Notes: generated by a model not told the origin, from the sequence alone. 64,000 nucleotides of DNA from Candidatus Bathyarchaeota archaeon (GCA_963827165.1 CAWGZR010000009.1:128001-192000); one strand, 5' to 3'. Shown: positions 49,201 through 60,396, numbered from the stretch's first letter. Numbers and translations: made by a program.

Positions 49201-50266
49201 ACTGGTGGGAGTAGAGTGTTTGGGACGTTGTTGAGCTTAGGTAGCTTCCGAACGTCATGTAGGCCCCGTCGTCGCTTACCAGATTGCTGGGCGAACCTGA
49301 GACAAGTGTTGTTGAACCGTCCAGTGTGTAGCTCGCTGGATGGTAGGGTTGAGTGTTTGTTGCTGCATTTGCTTCTGTTAATGTGTCAAATTTGCCGTTT
49401 AGTGGTATCTGTTGAATTGTGGAGTTACTGTGTGATCCCTGATCCAAAATTCCATCAACTTGGGTGTCGAACTGTTTCACGTAGTATCCGCCGCTTTGCG
49501 ATGTGGCGTTAAAGTCGAGTGTTCCTGTGTAGTGACTAAAAGATGAGGCTGCAACCATTATGCCGCGTGAATCTTGCACCTGAATAATGTAGGATTGAGG
49601 GTTGATTTGAGGTGGAACCGAGATGGTATAGGTTCCGTCGCTTGAAACGACTGGTGAGCTTGGCGGATTCACCATTCCCCATGTTAAGTTGGAGTCGATG
49701 TACTGGTAGAATTTGAAGCTGGATGTGCCCAAACTGACAACAGGCTGATCGCCGTCTTGGGTAACTGTTAAGCTCACTTGGTTATTTGATGGTGAATGTA
49801 AGACTTGGACATTTAGTTCAGATGATATCGAGTAGGCGATGCCGTAGACGCCTAGTCCGGTGAGGTCGTAGGTGACGTTTAAGCTTCCTTGGCTGAAACT
49901 TGAATTTGTAAACCAGTTAGTGCCAAGTGACAGGGTGGTAACCTTGAAGGATGTGCCCCACTTGGGGTTTACGTTGACTATGTTGTTTAGGCCGCTGTTA
50001 AGGTAGCTGTCCGATTGGTCGTAAGCATAAGAAGAGTTCCCGGTAACCTGCAAAACGGAGCCGTAGTAGCCGACGGTGAAGCCCAGCACCTGTTTCAGCG
50101 ACAAATTGGTTTCGTCGACTGCGCTCATGATTTGCGGGTTTGTTTGAGGGTCGTTGTAACGTATTGTGGAGTAAGTCATCATGACACTTGTAATGAGGAT
50201 AACTGCGACGAAAAGCGAGGCAATAATTGAAAACTGCCCTTTCCTATTCGTTCTTATTCGCATCAT
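46234..50266 (-). CDS. large pilin-like adhesin with class III signal peptide (3' end frameshifted)
   Basis: RKG|QFSIIASLFV N-terminus; Ser/Thr-rich beta domains; frame continues via 46330..46563. Confidence 0.8.
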
Positions 50267-51592
50267 TTATGTGCCTCCAACCAAACCAAGCTGCAAAACA
50301 ACCAGACGCGTAGTATCGTAGCTGTTGAAGTCTGAACTGTAGATTCTTGGGTGATAATCGCAGAGCAAACCGAGGGCCGTAAGCCTGATGTCGGGAGTTC
50401 GGGTTAAACCCAGAGCGTAGAATCCGCCTTGATACTGCTGTTTCCCATTGACGGTTTCGATGTGTCTGTAGACGGCGCCTGGATTGTAGCCGCCTGCAGT
50501 GTTGAAAACGTAGGTTGACACTGCAAGATGGAACTGGGATAGGATCGAAGTTGAGAGTGCACGAGTCGATGTCTGATATGTTGATGGATAGATGCCATAG
50601 TAGTTGCAGTCTGTGACGGCTTCATTTGACAAGTTTACGACGCCAGGAGCACCTGTTGAGCTGTCGCCCGGTGTATACACTTGGTTATCTATTCCTTCAA
50701 GAAACGCGTTTAGCCCTGGGTCCCCGACCATGTTCATGCCGTATATGCCCCAGCTGTTTTGGCTGTTAGCAAACAAAGCGGTGTTAGTGACATAATAAAA
50801 CGGCCAACCCACAATGCTAGTCCACGTCCAATTGTACTGGTTTACTTTTTGACCTAAAAGATAACAATAGTTTGCATACCCATTGGATGAGTAGGGAGAA
50901 CCAGAAAACGCAGTTGGAATCGGAACAGCTTCTCCACATGTGTTGATTATGACTGCGTTTTGAAGAGTTTCGCCATGAAGAGGCGTTCCATTCAATAACT
51001 CCCCAAGTTGAGCCGTGTTTTGGACTACAATGGTGCGAGCAAAGTAGGGTGAGAGCAGGTTGTAGAGGTCAGCCGCTAGGCTTTGTGCACTGTAACCAGT
51101 AATCCACCAGCCGTTCGAGTCACTGCAATTCAGAATATACAAGGTAATCCCGCCGCCGCCATTTGCGGTTTCACCAATTTTCTGCGGAGTAGGATTAAAC
51201 GTAACGTTGGAGGAAGAAACAAGATAGGACGAGGCATCTGAACTAACTCCTAAGTTTGCTGCATTCGATATGGATTCTTTAGAAGTGTACAGGCTATTGC
51301 CGCCGCCTCCGTTGTTCACGTCGTAAACCGTCAGGTTGTAGATGATGTTAGGCGGCAAGGATGCAGAAAGAGCAACTTGCAGATTGTCCCATGCAGTTAC
51401 GTTCCCAGTGTCAAATGCAGCTTCGCTTAAGTCGTTGCCTGAATTCAAAGTCTCCATAGTGGTGAGCGAGAGACGCCCCAAATCCAGCGGAGACACTTGA
51501 CGAGGCCAAGGCAAAACAGCAAAATAGGATGTCGCAATAAAAGCGCCTGTCAATATGACAATTACCATTAAGACTTCAACGGTACGCATCAT
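50267..51592 (-). CDS. minor pilin-like protein
   Basis: MMRTVEVLMVIVIL (E plus hydrophobic helix); TAATG coupling to upstream gene. Confidence 0.75.
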   Translation of the reverse strand: MMRTVEVLMVIVILTGAFIATSYFAVLPWPRQVSPLDLGRLSLTTMETLNSGNDLSEAAFDTGNVTAWDNLQVALSASLPPNIIYNLTVYDVNNGGGGNSLYTSKESISNAANLGVSSDASSYLVSSSNVTFNPTPQKIGETANGGGGITLYILNCSDSNGWWITGYSAQSLAADLYNLLSPYFARTIVVQNTAQLGELLNGTPLHGETLQNAVIINTCGEAVPIPTAFSGSPYSSNGYANYCYLLGQKVNQYNWTWTSIVGWPFYYVTNTALFANSQNSWGIYGMNMVGDPGLNAFLEGIDNQVYTPGDSSTGAPGVVNLSNEAVTDCNYYGIYPSTYQTSTRALSTSILSQFHLAVSTYVFNTAGGYNPGAVYRHIETVNGKQQYQGGFYALGLTRTPDIRLTALGLLCDYHPRIYSSDFNSYDTTRLVVLQLGLVGGT

Positions 51593-52824
51593 TAGCCAGT
51601 CACCTGTACTGCCTGGGTGCTCCAAAGCGAAAGCTTTGCCTGATAGGCAACGTCGCCAACCATAACTTGACGCAGATCGGTTGCAACCCACTCCTGCTGC
51701 GACGGATTCCCGCCATAATTCACTGGAAACTCCAGCGAACTTAAGCCCCAAGGCATGATTACTACGCCGCCTAAACTGCTACTTTCCTGATAGGTAAGTA
51801 TCAAAACTCCTGTCGTACAATTTGGCAAAGTAACATTTTCCGTTGGGTTTCCCACGCCTGACACAACGGATCCATAGGTTCTGCTGCCGGAGCCAAGGGA
51901 CAATTCACTAAGGGTGTAATCTTGGGTTGAAATCACGAAAGTTGCATTGTACTTTAATGTGGCTGTCGCTGCATTCGAGTCATTCAAATCATAATTGTGC
52001 GCTAAAACCACCGTTTGTGAACCTACATCTTCAACAGCGGGGACCAGATACTGGTCGGATTCTGAGACACGAGTGTGGTAACCGACTCCGACGATACCGT
52101 CTAAATGAGCGTAGGCAATGAACGCGTAAACCTCAGTTGAACTCGTTACAGTTGGGAAGACAAGTGAAGCCTCACCTTGCGAGTTCGTGGTTGTAGTGCC
52201 GTTTAGCAAAGTATACGATGGGTATTGGGCTTGGGTATTACCTAAAGAGACCAAGAAAAGACACCAATTTACCTCTGCATTCGAAAAAGGAAAACTTGCA
52301 CCGGACGCGCTCAAAGATAGGGTCAACGGCGAACTAGAATGTGTTTCAGAAACCGACACTGTAACGTCAGGGGTCAGCGAAAGTTGGAAGCCGTAGGTGC
52401 CGTTAATCCCAAGCAGCGTCAACGCGTTAGAGTAGTTTAAAGCTTGTGCGTTCGATGTCATTAAAACCGCTCCAGCCGATGGCGTGACCTCCGTGTAAAG
52501 CGTGTTTGGGGTCTTATCGTATTCGAGAAGGTCTCCTGTTGCGTCTAGTCGCATAAGCGAAAGTGCACTCACCTGGTACTCGGTGAACTCTGGATCTTGC
52601 ACGCCGAAGCTCGTAGGAGCCACATTGCTTTGGCCCCAATAGTTTGGGCTACCAGGGTTAAGCAACATTTCATCGAGAAGGTCACTGCATTTTGTGGCAG
52701 TTGCTTGGTGTTCCTGATAGATAACTGCGGTTTGGATCGTTTGGCCGAAGAGAGTGACGAAAAGCAATATAGCCGCTAGGAAAATGATTATTGAAACTAT
52801 GTGGTCTATCGATACGCTTGACAA
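51592..52824 (-). CDS. minor pilin-like protein
   Basis: SIDHIVSIIIFLAAILLF N-terminal helix; LLNPG.P..W motif. Confidence 0.75.
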   Translation of the reverse strand: MSSVSIDHIVSIIIFLAAILLFVTLFGQTIQTAVIYQEHQATATKCSDLLDEMLLNPGSPNYWGQSNVAPTSFGVQDPEFTEYQVSALSLMRLDATGDLLEYDKTPNTLYTEVTPSAGAVLMTSNAQALNYSNALTLLGINGTYGFQLSLTPDVTVSVSETHSSSPLTLSLSASGASFPFSNAEVNWCLFLVSLGNTQAQYPSYTLLNGTTTTNSQGEASLVFPTVTSSTEVYAFIAYAHLDGIVGVGYHTRVSESDQYLVPAVEDVGSQTVVLAHNYDLNDSNAATATLKYNATFVISTQDYTLSELSLGSGSRTYGSVVSGVGNPTENVTLPNCTTGVLILTYQESSSLGGVVIMPWGLSSLEFPVNYGGNPSQQEWVATDLRQVMVGDVAYQAKLSLWSTQAVQVTG

Positions 52825-52838
52825 TGTTTTGTCCTCCG

Positions 52839-53327
52839 TTAGCTGCCAAAAGACAGCTGGATTATTTGGTTAGGGAATTTCTGGGCGATTAAGCAGGCTG
52901 TTGGCGGGTTACCTATTAGTTCTGAGTTTAGCCACTGGACGTTTTGCCCCAACGTTACTTCAGTTGAGGTTGAAAGATGCTTGCCAACTAAGCTTACTGT
53001 TACAGTGAGCACTTCGCATGCTCCGTAATCAGAGTTCGAAACCGCGTGCAACGAAGCGAGAGCCGTGTAATTGTAGCCTTCTATTGTCGCGGCGAAAGGA
53101 AAGGTGCTGTTGAATTTGCAGCTCAGAATTGAAGTGTGATTGAGGGAAAGGTAAGTTTGTTCGATAACGCTGCCTAAGCTGCTGGCCGTCTGCTGAAGTT
53201 CAAGAGTCTGACGGTCACCAGTCCATTGACCCATCGCTACGCTGACGAACATGGGGAAGAGGAAAATCTGTAGTATCAGAACCGGAATCAGAATCATGTA
53301 TTCAAGAGTAGGCTGCATTGATGTCAC
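52839..53327 (-). CDS. pilin-like protein
   Basis: QPTLEYMILIPVLIL (Q+1..E+5 pilin-like N-terminus). Confidence 0.75.
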   Translation of the reverse strand: MTSMQPTLEYMILIPVLILQIFLFPMFVSVAMGQWTGDRQTLELQQTASSLGSVIEQTYLSLNHTSILSCKFNSTFPFAATIEGYNYTALASLHAVSNSDYGACEVLTVTVSLVGKHLSTSTEVTLGQNVQWLNSELIGNPPTACLIAQKFPNQIIQLSFGS

Positions 53328-53331
53328 TCCA

Positions 53332-54180
53332 TTAAGCGTACAATCCTATCGAAACTGATACTTGCCCAACGTAAAGCTGCACGGTTGAATCAAGATTGCT
53401 AACGGTTTGGGTGGTGCTTTTGAATGGGAAGAAACTTGAGTCGAAACCTTTGGAAGCCAAGGGGAACCCCGTGGTGATGGTTACCTGGGTGATACTGCTT
53501 TTCAGGTATTGGTTAACAGTTTGGCAGATCAATGTGACGGACTGTGAGTGTCCTGGACTTGTGCCGCTTTCAAGGAGGGGCATGTAGAATTCGGTGTAAC
53601 TTTGGCCACCCACCTCGGTAGTCATCATCCTAATCGTGGGGACTACAACTATTCGAAGGAAGTTTCCATCGCTCATAGGAAGCTTTTCGATTGAATACGC
53701 ATAGCTGTCGGGAGCAGCTGAACCGGTCTGCAGAAACTCATTGTTCGATGATCCGATGGGTTCAACGTAGTTTTTACCAAGCGAATACTCGGCGGTAGGC
53801 ACATTGTACAGAATTATGCCAGTTTGCAAAGTTGTAGTGTTCACCAAGGTTCCGCCGCTGTACATATTGACAGTGTAGGTCAAGGCCCCTGGCAAAATCT
53901 GAAGGCTCCCATAGGTGCTTGAATACTGGATTGTTTGGGCTCTACCAATCATCCAAGCAACGTTGTCGATTTGGAGTCCAGTGGTAAGCATAAACTGCTG
54001 GTTGGTACTGAACTCGTTTTGTGCGATGCTTGAGGTAAGATAGTTTTGTCCATAAGACATGGCTACAAGAACCAATACTATGATTGCAGCAGTCATGATT
54101 ATGGTGGAGATGGCGGGGCTGAGGGCTCTGCTGTCTTTATGCAGTACCTTTCTTTTTCCCCAATTTTTAGTTGACACCAT
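53332..54180 (-). CDS. type IV pilin with class III signal peptide
   Basis: RA|LSPAISTIIMTAAIIVLV canonical archaeal prepilin site. Confidence 0.82.
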   Translation of the reverse strand: MVSTKNWGKRKVLHKDSRALSPAISTIIMTAAIIVLVLVAMSYGQNYLTSSIAQNEFSTNQQFMLTTGLQIDNVAWMIGRAQTIQYSSTYGSLQILPGALTYTVNMYSGGTLVNTTTLQTGIILYNVPTAEYSLGKNYVEPIGSSNNEFLQTGSAAPDSYAYSIEKLPMSDGNFLRIVVVPTIRMMTTEVGGQSYTEFYMPLLESGTSPGHSQSVTLICQTVNQYLKSSITQVTITTGFPLASKGFDSSFFPFKSTTQTVSNLDSTVQLYVGQVSVSIGLYA

Positions 54181-54194
54181 TTTTTCCGCTCCAA

Positions 54195-55925
54195 TCAAAG
54201 CTTCACAAACATTGGAATCAATTTAGCAGCGATCACAGCGATGACTACTAGAATTGCGGCATGTTTGAATCCTGCAGCAATAGATTCCTCACTGATTTTT
54301 CCGCCAACTATGCCGATTAGGTAACTGTTGAAGATCACTGAAGTAAGGAATATTTCCTGTGCAAGACCCTTGGCTGCTGCGGCTTGCGCCGAAACACCTG
54401 TGGTTGTAGTTACACCGAAGCCGGTGGTGAAATTCAGCATCATCGTAGTTGTGGCGACTAGAAGAATCGAGGCAAGATATGGCATCATTACGTATGGTCG
54501 AACTGACATTTTCTTTTCTCTGTCGACCTCGGCAGTCAGATTGTTGAAGTTAGCTAATGATTCAATCATCGAGATGGTCCCGCCGCCCACATCCACGGTT
54601 TCCACCAGCAGAAACATCACTATCTGAACGATCCAGCTCTTTGTTCTATGCAGGAAATCCATCATAACTCTCTTCAACGGTATACCCCAGGAGATTTCGG
54701 CGCTGATTTTCCTCAGCTCTTTACTGAAAGCCCCGTAATCACGCTTGGATAGGCTTTCGATGCATTTTTCAGGTGAAAGCCCTGTTTTTCGGACTTCAGT
54801 TAAGTCCCGCAGAAAGCTTGTGACGCCCGACTCCATGCTAGCCTGCTTCTTAGCCATACGCATGTGTACTATTCCAGGTGGCGCTGCGGAGATACAAAGC
54901 GCAGCCGCTATGGCTATGGGTATATCAAGACCCCATCCAATCAGAGTAGTGAATAAGGGCAGCCGTACCGTCCCCAAAAAGTTGGTGCAGAGCAGGAACA
55001 CGAATACGCCAACTACGGATGAAATTGCGAATACTTTGTAGGGCTTCATTTCAATTATGGGAGTCTTCGGTTGCATGCTGTGAGCTAAATAAATGAACAT
55101 CACCGACATCAACGGCGTAAAGAGGTAGGTGTACATGAGTATCCCCGAGAAAGTCGACAGGCTTGTCCCAGCCGCAGCGGAACCGCCTTGAATCTGCTGC
55201 ACAGCGAACAAAATGTAGAAGCAAAGCGACATCATGACCATGACGATAATGAAGGTTTCCAGCAGCATCCCGAGGCGTTCAGCAGCGGCTTTAACGCGTA
55301 GCGCACGGGTTTTGAATATGTCTTCTGCTTTGCGTTCAAGAAAGTGCCCTATGTCGCCGCCGATAATAACTGTTGAAGCGTAGCCGCCTAAGAAGTCTTT
55401 GAAGATGTCCAGCGGATTCTTTTTTGCAGCTTCTTCAAGGGCTGAGAGCGGATCAACGCCGAACACTTCCACATCTTTCATTATGTCCCTTGCTTCTTTA
55501 CGCATAGCAGGCATCAAGTCAACATCAGATAAACGCTTAAAACTGGTGTACGGCGCAATGCCGCCCGACGCCATAACGCTGATGTATGCTGCTGCGAAAG
55601 GCATCTCTCGCTCCAAGCCTGAAGCTCGGTCACTGGCGTTAGAGGTCGGCATGAATAAGAATGCAACTGCGATAAAAGCTGGAACTGGCACCAGAGCCAG
55701 CAAGGGTAAAACGTGAGTGAGTAGAGTAAGCACAATCCCTACCACTGAAATTGGAAGGGTTATCAAAACAGCTAGAAACATCATTGAAATGTATGTGTCA
55801 TGAAAAATTCTTACCCGTCCCTTCTCTAGTGAACCTTTGATCGGGTAAATGTGCTCTTGGAAATAAGGTGCAAATCGCCCGAAAAGGCGGTATGAAAGAG
55901 CCTCAAATTTTTGGAGCAGCGGCAA
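54195..55925 (-). CDS. type II secretion F / TadC-like membrane platform protein (two domains)
   Basis: EREMPFAAAYI..ASGG, FLRDLTE..KTG, multiple TM. Confidence 0.92.
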   Translation of the reverse strand: MPLLQKFEALSYRLFGRFAPYFQEHIYPIKGSLEKGRVRIFHDTYISMMFLAVLITLPISVVGIVLTLLTHVLPLLALVPVPAFIAVAFLFMPTSNASDRASGLEREMPFAAAYISVMASGGIAPYTSFKRLSDVDLMPAMRKEARDIMKDVEVFGVDPLSALEEAAKKNPLDIFKDFLGGYASTVIIGGDIGHFLERKAEDIFKTRALRVKAAAERLGMLLETFIIVMVMMSLCFYILFAVQQIQGGSAAAGTSLSTFSGILMYTYLFTPLMSVMFIYLAHSMQPKTPIIEMKPYKVFAISSVVGVFVFLLCTNFLGTVRLPLFTTLIGWGLDIPIAIAAALCISAAPPGIVHMRMAKKQASMESGVTSFLRDLTEVRKTGLSPEKCIESLSKRDYGAFSKELRKISAEISWGIPLKRVMMDFLHRTKSWIVQIVMFLLVETVDVGGGTISMIESLANFNNLTAEVDREKKMSVRPYVMMPYLASILLVATTTMMLNFTTGFGVTTTTGVSAQAAAAKGLAQEIFLTSVIFNSYLIGIVGGKISEESIAAGFKHAAILVVIAVIAAKLIPMFVKL

Positions 55926-57636
55926 CTGTTTTTTCCTCCTCGCTCATTTGAATTTTCTCGTAAAATTCTTTAGGTCGTGCATAGTACTCTGAAATAATTC
56001 GCGCGACTTCTTTGTAGCTTCGGATTTTCTGTTGCCGCATCCAACGCAGAACCTCGCTTCGCCGCTTTGCCTCTGCAACCAAATCATCAGTTGTCTGGCC
56101 AACCTTTTTTGCGATTGAGTCAAACATCGGGCTTTTGTTCATGAAAGAAACTTGTTGATCTGCAATTGGATCCCAAGTGAATATGTTAACGTAGTTTTCG
56201 TAGCCCACGATTTCGTTGGTTGAAAGTATACGTCTGTAAGCCTTCTTCACACCGGACTTAACCAAGTGTACACGCTGAACCGAGATGACAACGTTCATCA
56301 GTGGAATGTATGCGGGAGAAATTTCCATTGGCTTCTGAGTTAACCTTTTCACAGCTGAATCCAAGTTCTCCGCGTGCATAGTACACATGCCACCGTGGCC
56401 TGTAGCTAGCGCCTGGAACAACACATATGCTTCTTGCCCTCGAACCTCGCCTACAATCAACATGTCAGGGCGATGTCTCATTGAAGCTTTTACCAAGTCG
56501 AAAAGAGGAACTTCACCGACGCTGTTTCCGCCCAATCCATAGCTTTGACGACTAATAAGTGAAACCCAGTTTTCGTGGGACAAGTTTAACTCAGCAGTTT
56601 CTTCAATCGTTATGATTTTGCTTCCTGGCTTGATAAGGCACGCCATAGCGTTCAACGCAGTAGTTTTACCCGCGGCTGTTCCCCCGAGAATCATGATTGA
56701 AGCACGATTTTCAAGGCATATCCAAAGGTAAGCGGCGAGTTCTTCAGTGAAGGTGCCTATGTTGATCAAGTCGATGATTGAGTAAGGGTCGTCTCGGAAT
56801 TTTCTGATGGTGAAGGCTGTGCCGAAAGGCGTGATTTCTCGGCGGTAACATACGGCTAAACGGTGTTTGCCTGGAAGCGATGCATCGACTATTGGGAAAG
56901 CGGAACTGACGTGTTTTCCCGCCATGTGGACAAGTTTTCCAACCATGTTATCGAGGATTTCATCGTTTTCAAATTGGACATTAGTCTCGATGCTTTCGAA
57001 TGTTCGGTGCCATATGTAGACTGACTTGTTAACTCCGTCGCAGGAAATGTCTTCAATGTTTGGGTCACGCATTAACGGGTCAATTTTGCCAAAGCCAACC
57101 AAATCGCGTTCCGCATGATAGAGAATTTTGTACCATGAAACATCAGGCAACCAGCCGAGGCTGATGCGGTATTTATCCACGATTTTCTTTGCTTCCGTTG
57201 CGAAAAATTTCCGCGGATCAGGGATTTCTTCTTTGGGCGAGTCGATCTCAGCCAGCAATATTTCTAGGACACGGTTGTATATTCCACGCTCAAAATTGTC
57301 TAGTTGCAGCTCATCCAAAATGTAGCGGTATTCGCCGGTTTTGGGGTCTTGAACAATGAAAACCTGACAAAACGGCTCGTAAAGAGAATATTTATCGACA
57401 ACTTTCAAGGATTTGGGCAGAGCTTTGTTTACAGTGGGAAGCTCTTGTTTAGGCATTTTCTTTTTGAAGATCGAGCCTAGTTTCGGCATTTTGAATTTGT
57501 TTTTGGATTTTTCGTTCTTGTTTTCTGTGGTTTTGTTTTCTTGAGGAGGCGCTTTTTGTTGTTTTGCGGGTTTTTTCTTTGGCTTTAGCTGTGTAAATTT
57601 TTGGTTTAGTTTTTCTTTTAGGCTTTGGTTGGGCAT
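55903..57636 (-). CDS. type II/IV secretion ATPase (PilB/FlaI-like)
   Basis: GGTAAGKTT, IEETAEL, RHRPD..VGEVRG, ATGH..TMHA. Confidence 0.95.
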   Translation of the reverse strand: MPNQSLKEKLNQKFTQLKPKKKPAKQQKAPPQENKTTENKNEKSKNKFKMPKLGSIFKKKMPKQELPTVNKALPKSLKVVDKYSLYEPFCQVFIVQDPKTGEYRYILDELQLDNFERGIYNRVLEILLAEIDSPKEEIPDPRKFFATEAKKIVDKYRISLGWLPDVSWYKILYHAERDLVGFGKIDPLMRDPNIEDISCDGVNKSVYIWHRTFESIETNVQFENDEILDNMVGKLVHMAGKHVSSAFPIVDASLPGKHRLAVCYRREITPFGTAFTIRKFRDDPYSIIDLINIGTFTEELAAYLWICLENRASIMILGGTAAGKTTALNAMACLIKPGSKIITIEETAELNLSHENWVSLISRQSYGLGGNSVGEVPLFDLVKASMRHRPDMLIVGEVRGQEAYVLFQALATGHGGMCTMHAENLDSAVKRLTQKPMEISPAYIPLMNVVISVQRVHLVKSGVKKAYRRILSTNEIVGYENYVNIFTWDPIADQQVSFMNKSPMFDSIAKKVGQTTDDLVAEAKRRSEVLRWMRQQKIRSYKEVARIISEYYARPKEFYEKIQMSEEEKTVAAAPKI

Positions 57637-57855
57637 GGTCGGTCAATCTTAGGTTCATGTTTTCACCTATTAAATATTATGTCTCAATACACACTAATGT
57701 CGAAGTGTTGAACGCAACTACACCAAAACCGCACAGGCAAAACAACCCTCACAAGCAACCGAATCTATGCAAACAAAACTAAGCAAATTCTTTAGTATGT
57801 TGCAAGCGCAGAAAATAAGAAATAAGAAAAAAATAAAAAGCTACTTTTTGATGAC

Positions 57856-58566
57856 TTATTCAAGTATTATTCTTGCATCGACGGTTTTTGCACCGCTTTG
57901 GTATGCGAGTACAGGGTTGAGGTCTAACTCTTTGATTTCAGGGTTGTCCATTACGAGACGCGACGTGCTCACGAGTATGGCGACTAGGGCGTCAATGTCT
58001 GCTGGAGGTGTGTTGCGGAAACCTTTCAGAAGCGGATAAGCTTTAAGCTGAGTAATCATTTCTTTGGCGTCGTCCGCGGTTATCGGGGCGATTCGGAAGT
58101 TTACGTCTTTTAGGACTTCAACAAAGATGCCTCCCAGGCCGAACATGATGGTTGGCCCAAACTGGGGATCTTTGATGGCTCCGACAATGGTTTCGGTCGA
58201 TGAGGGAGCCATTTCCTGAACGAGGATGCCAACGATTTTCGCGTTTGCGTTGTATTTTTTGACGTTTTCCAAGATTTTTTTGTAGGCATTTTGTACGTCG
58301 GAAGGGGTTTTTAGGTTAACCATGACGCCACCTGCATCAGATTTGTGGATGACGTCGGGTGAAACAATCTTTAGCACAACAGGGTAGCCGATTTCGTCAG
58401 CGTATTCTGCCGCTTGCTTCTCGTTTGAGGCAACTTTAAATTTGGTTACTGGGATGCCATAATCCATGCAGATCAGTTTGGCTTCGGATTCAAGAAGCGC
58501 GTGTCTGCCTTCAGCCTTTGCTTGGTTAATGATTTTTGTGGTTCGCTTCAAACTTGATACTTCCAC
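57856..58566 (-). CDS. acdB: acetate--CoA ligase (ADP-forming) beta subunit, ATP-grasp
   Basis: GYPVVLKIVSPD..HKSDAGGV, FGLGGIFVE, ELDLNP. Confidence 0.92.
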   Translation of the reverse strand: MEVSSLKRTTKIINQAKAEGRHALLESEAKLICMDYGIPVTKFKVASNEKQAAEYADEIGYPVVLKIVSPDVIHKSDAGGVMVNLKTPSDVQNAYKKILENVKKYNANAKIVGILVQEMAPSSTETIVGAIKDPQFGPTIMFGLGGIFVEVLKDVNFRIAPITADDAKEMITQLKAYPLLKGFRNTPPADIDALVAILVSTSRLVMDNPEIKELDLNPVLAYQSGAKTVDARIILE

Positions 58567-58755
58567 TACCTGTTAATCTTTCGTGTAGTGACATGACTCA
58601 TTGGTTTAAATTTGTTGCGATGCCAATGTTGCCTTCAAGAGATGAGTTCTTAAAATAAAACCTGCCCGTCAAGGGATTAAATCCACTTCGCTTGCAGGTT
58701 GGAAGCCCTAATCACGGACAAATGACGCTGGGTCATCATAATAGAAAAACCGTAC

Positions 58756-60396
58756 TTAAACGGGTAGTTTTCGTTTAGGCGGGGTGGCTTGTTTTTTCCG
58801 CGGCAAAAGCAGATATGCAGACGCTATAACGATGATCACCGATGCTGATATCCCCACGACGGTCAGGGTTGGGAAAGGCGCTATGTTGAAGTAAACTGTT
58901 TTTGAGTTGGAGAGACCATATTCGCCATTAACGTAAATCGTGATACGGTGTGAACCGTTGGCTAGAGCGGCTATAGTGACATTTCCGACTATTGTCACGT
59001 TTGCTTGCCCGTCTAAGCTATACGCTATATGGGTGGCATTCTGGTTCAGGTTAAAATCCAACTGAATGTCTGTGGACCCGTATGACTGGTTCATGGGCGT
59101 AATCATCGTGATGACTGGGGGAAGAGAATTGATTGAGAAGAAAACTCTGTTTGAGGAACCCATGTTGCCGGTGCTGTCGTTACAGTAAAGAATAATGTTG
59201 TGTTGTCCTTGGGTGAGATTGAAGAGTTGAATTTCGCTGCTTACTGTGATGTTCTTTTTGTTATCCAGGCTGTAACCCACCCAAGCGGCGACTCTATCAA
59301 CGGTGTAGGCTAAGGTTACTTTAGAGTATGTGCTGTTGCCGGGTGAGTTGATTTGAATTGTGGGCGGAGAAGTTCCGTAACCCACTGGCGTATACTGCTC
59401 GACTGTACTGAGCCAGTTTGTGCCATCGAACCCGCCGATTGCATATAAGACGTCATTTACGTTTGCAACGCCCAGGTACGCTCGATTGGTAGGCATTGAA
59501 GCTCCGTTTACCCATGAGTTGTTGAGTGCATCGTAAACTTGGACAATGTTGCTGAAAGAGTTAGTGTTGAATCCGCCGATGCAATAAAGCTTGGGAGGCG
59601 CCATAAAACCGGAGGTTGCTGCCGCGGCGGCGAAGGCGACTTCGGTAGGCAAGTTTGCTCCTATGCCCCAACTATTGGTTTGAGGGTTATACACTTGGTT
59701 GGAATTGAGGAAGTTGCCTGTTCCAGCCGTTCCAGCGCTCTTTGAGCCTCCGACAATGTAGATCTTGTCGTTGATTACTGCTGAAGCGTAGCCGTAAACA
59801 GACTGCGGCATGGGCGCTTGCGTGCTCCACGAGTTTGCGGTTGGATCGTATACTTCGGTGATGTTGCTTTCTACGTAGTACGGGTTTTTGCTTGAGTACT
59901 CCATTCCGCCGATAAGGTAGATTTTGCCGTTTGCCACCGTTGCGCTCAAGTCAGCTCGGGGAGTCGGCATTGAAGCTTCGGTTTGCCAAGTATCAGTAGC
60001 GGGGTCGTAGACCTCGTTGTTTCCAACAAACTCGCTGTTCCCCCCAAGTGGCCCGATAGTCCCGCCGATGCAGTAAATCTTTCCATTGTAAACTGCTACA
60101 GCGAAGCCGCTCCTTGCCGTCGGCATAGACGACATAGTTGTCCATGAGTTTAAGGCAGGTGTGTACTCTTCATTTGTGCCAAGTGGTAGATTACCGTTAA
60201 AGCCCCCGATTGCATAGATTTTTCCGTTGTCAACAGCCACGCCAAGTCCACCGCGGGCGGTTGGCATAGATGCGAGTGAAACCCATGAATTTTGGTTTTG
60301 GCTTGCTTCTGCTTTTGCAGGTGAGAAGGTGAAGGTGGGCAAAATCATCAGTACAATAATAAGCAGGGCTATTGAAATTTGATTATGCTTGCTTAT
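58756..60396 (-). CDS. secreted Kelch-repeat beta-propeller protein with C-terminal TM; probable ATA start
   Basis: Six IY.IGG...Y.P...W repeats; complete signal peptide only if extended to 60396. Confidence 0.88.
   Translation of the reverse strand: MSKHNQISIALLIIVLMILPTFTFSPAKAEASQNQNSWVSLASMPTARGGLGVAVDNGKIYAIGGFNGNLPLGTNEEYTPALNSWTTMSSMPTARSGFAVAVYNGKIYCIGGTIGPLGGNSEFVGNNEVYDPATDTWQTEASMPTPRADLSATVANGKIYLIGGMEYSSKNPYYVESNITEVYDPTANSWSTQAPMPQSVYGYASAVINDKIYIVGGSKSAGTAGTGNFLNSNQVYNPQTNSWGIGANLPTEVAFAAAAATSGFMAPPKLYCIGGFNTNSFSNIVQVYDALNNSWVNGASMPTNRAYLGVANVNDVLYAIGGFDGTNWLSTVEQYTPVGYGTSPPTIQINSPGNSTYSKVTLAYTVDRVAAWVGYSLDNKKNITVSSEIQLFNLTQGQHNIILYCNDSTGNMGSSNRVFFSINSLPPVITMITPMNQSYGSTDIQLDFNLNQNATHIAYSLDGQANVTIVGNVTIAALANGSHRITIYVNGEYGLSNSKTVYFNIAPFPTLTVVGISASVIIVIASAYLLLPRKKQATPPKRKLPV

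Noticed and set aside
57698-57722. Motif-like TGT cga AGT N7 GCA act ACA upstream of the pilus operon
   Set aside because: Spacer is 7 not 6 with two mismatches; could be chance
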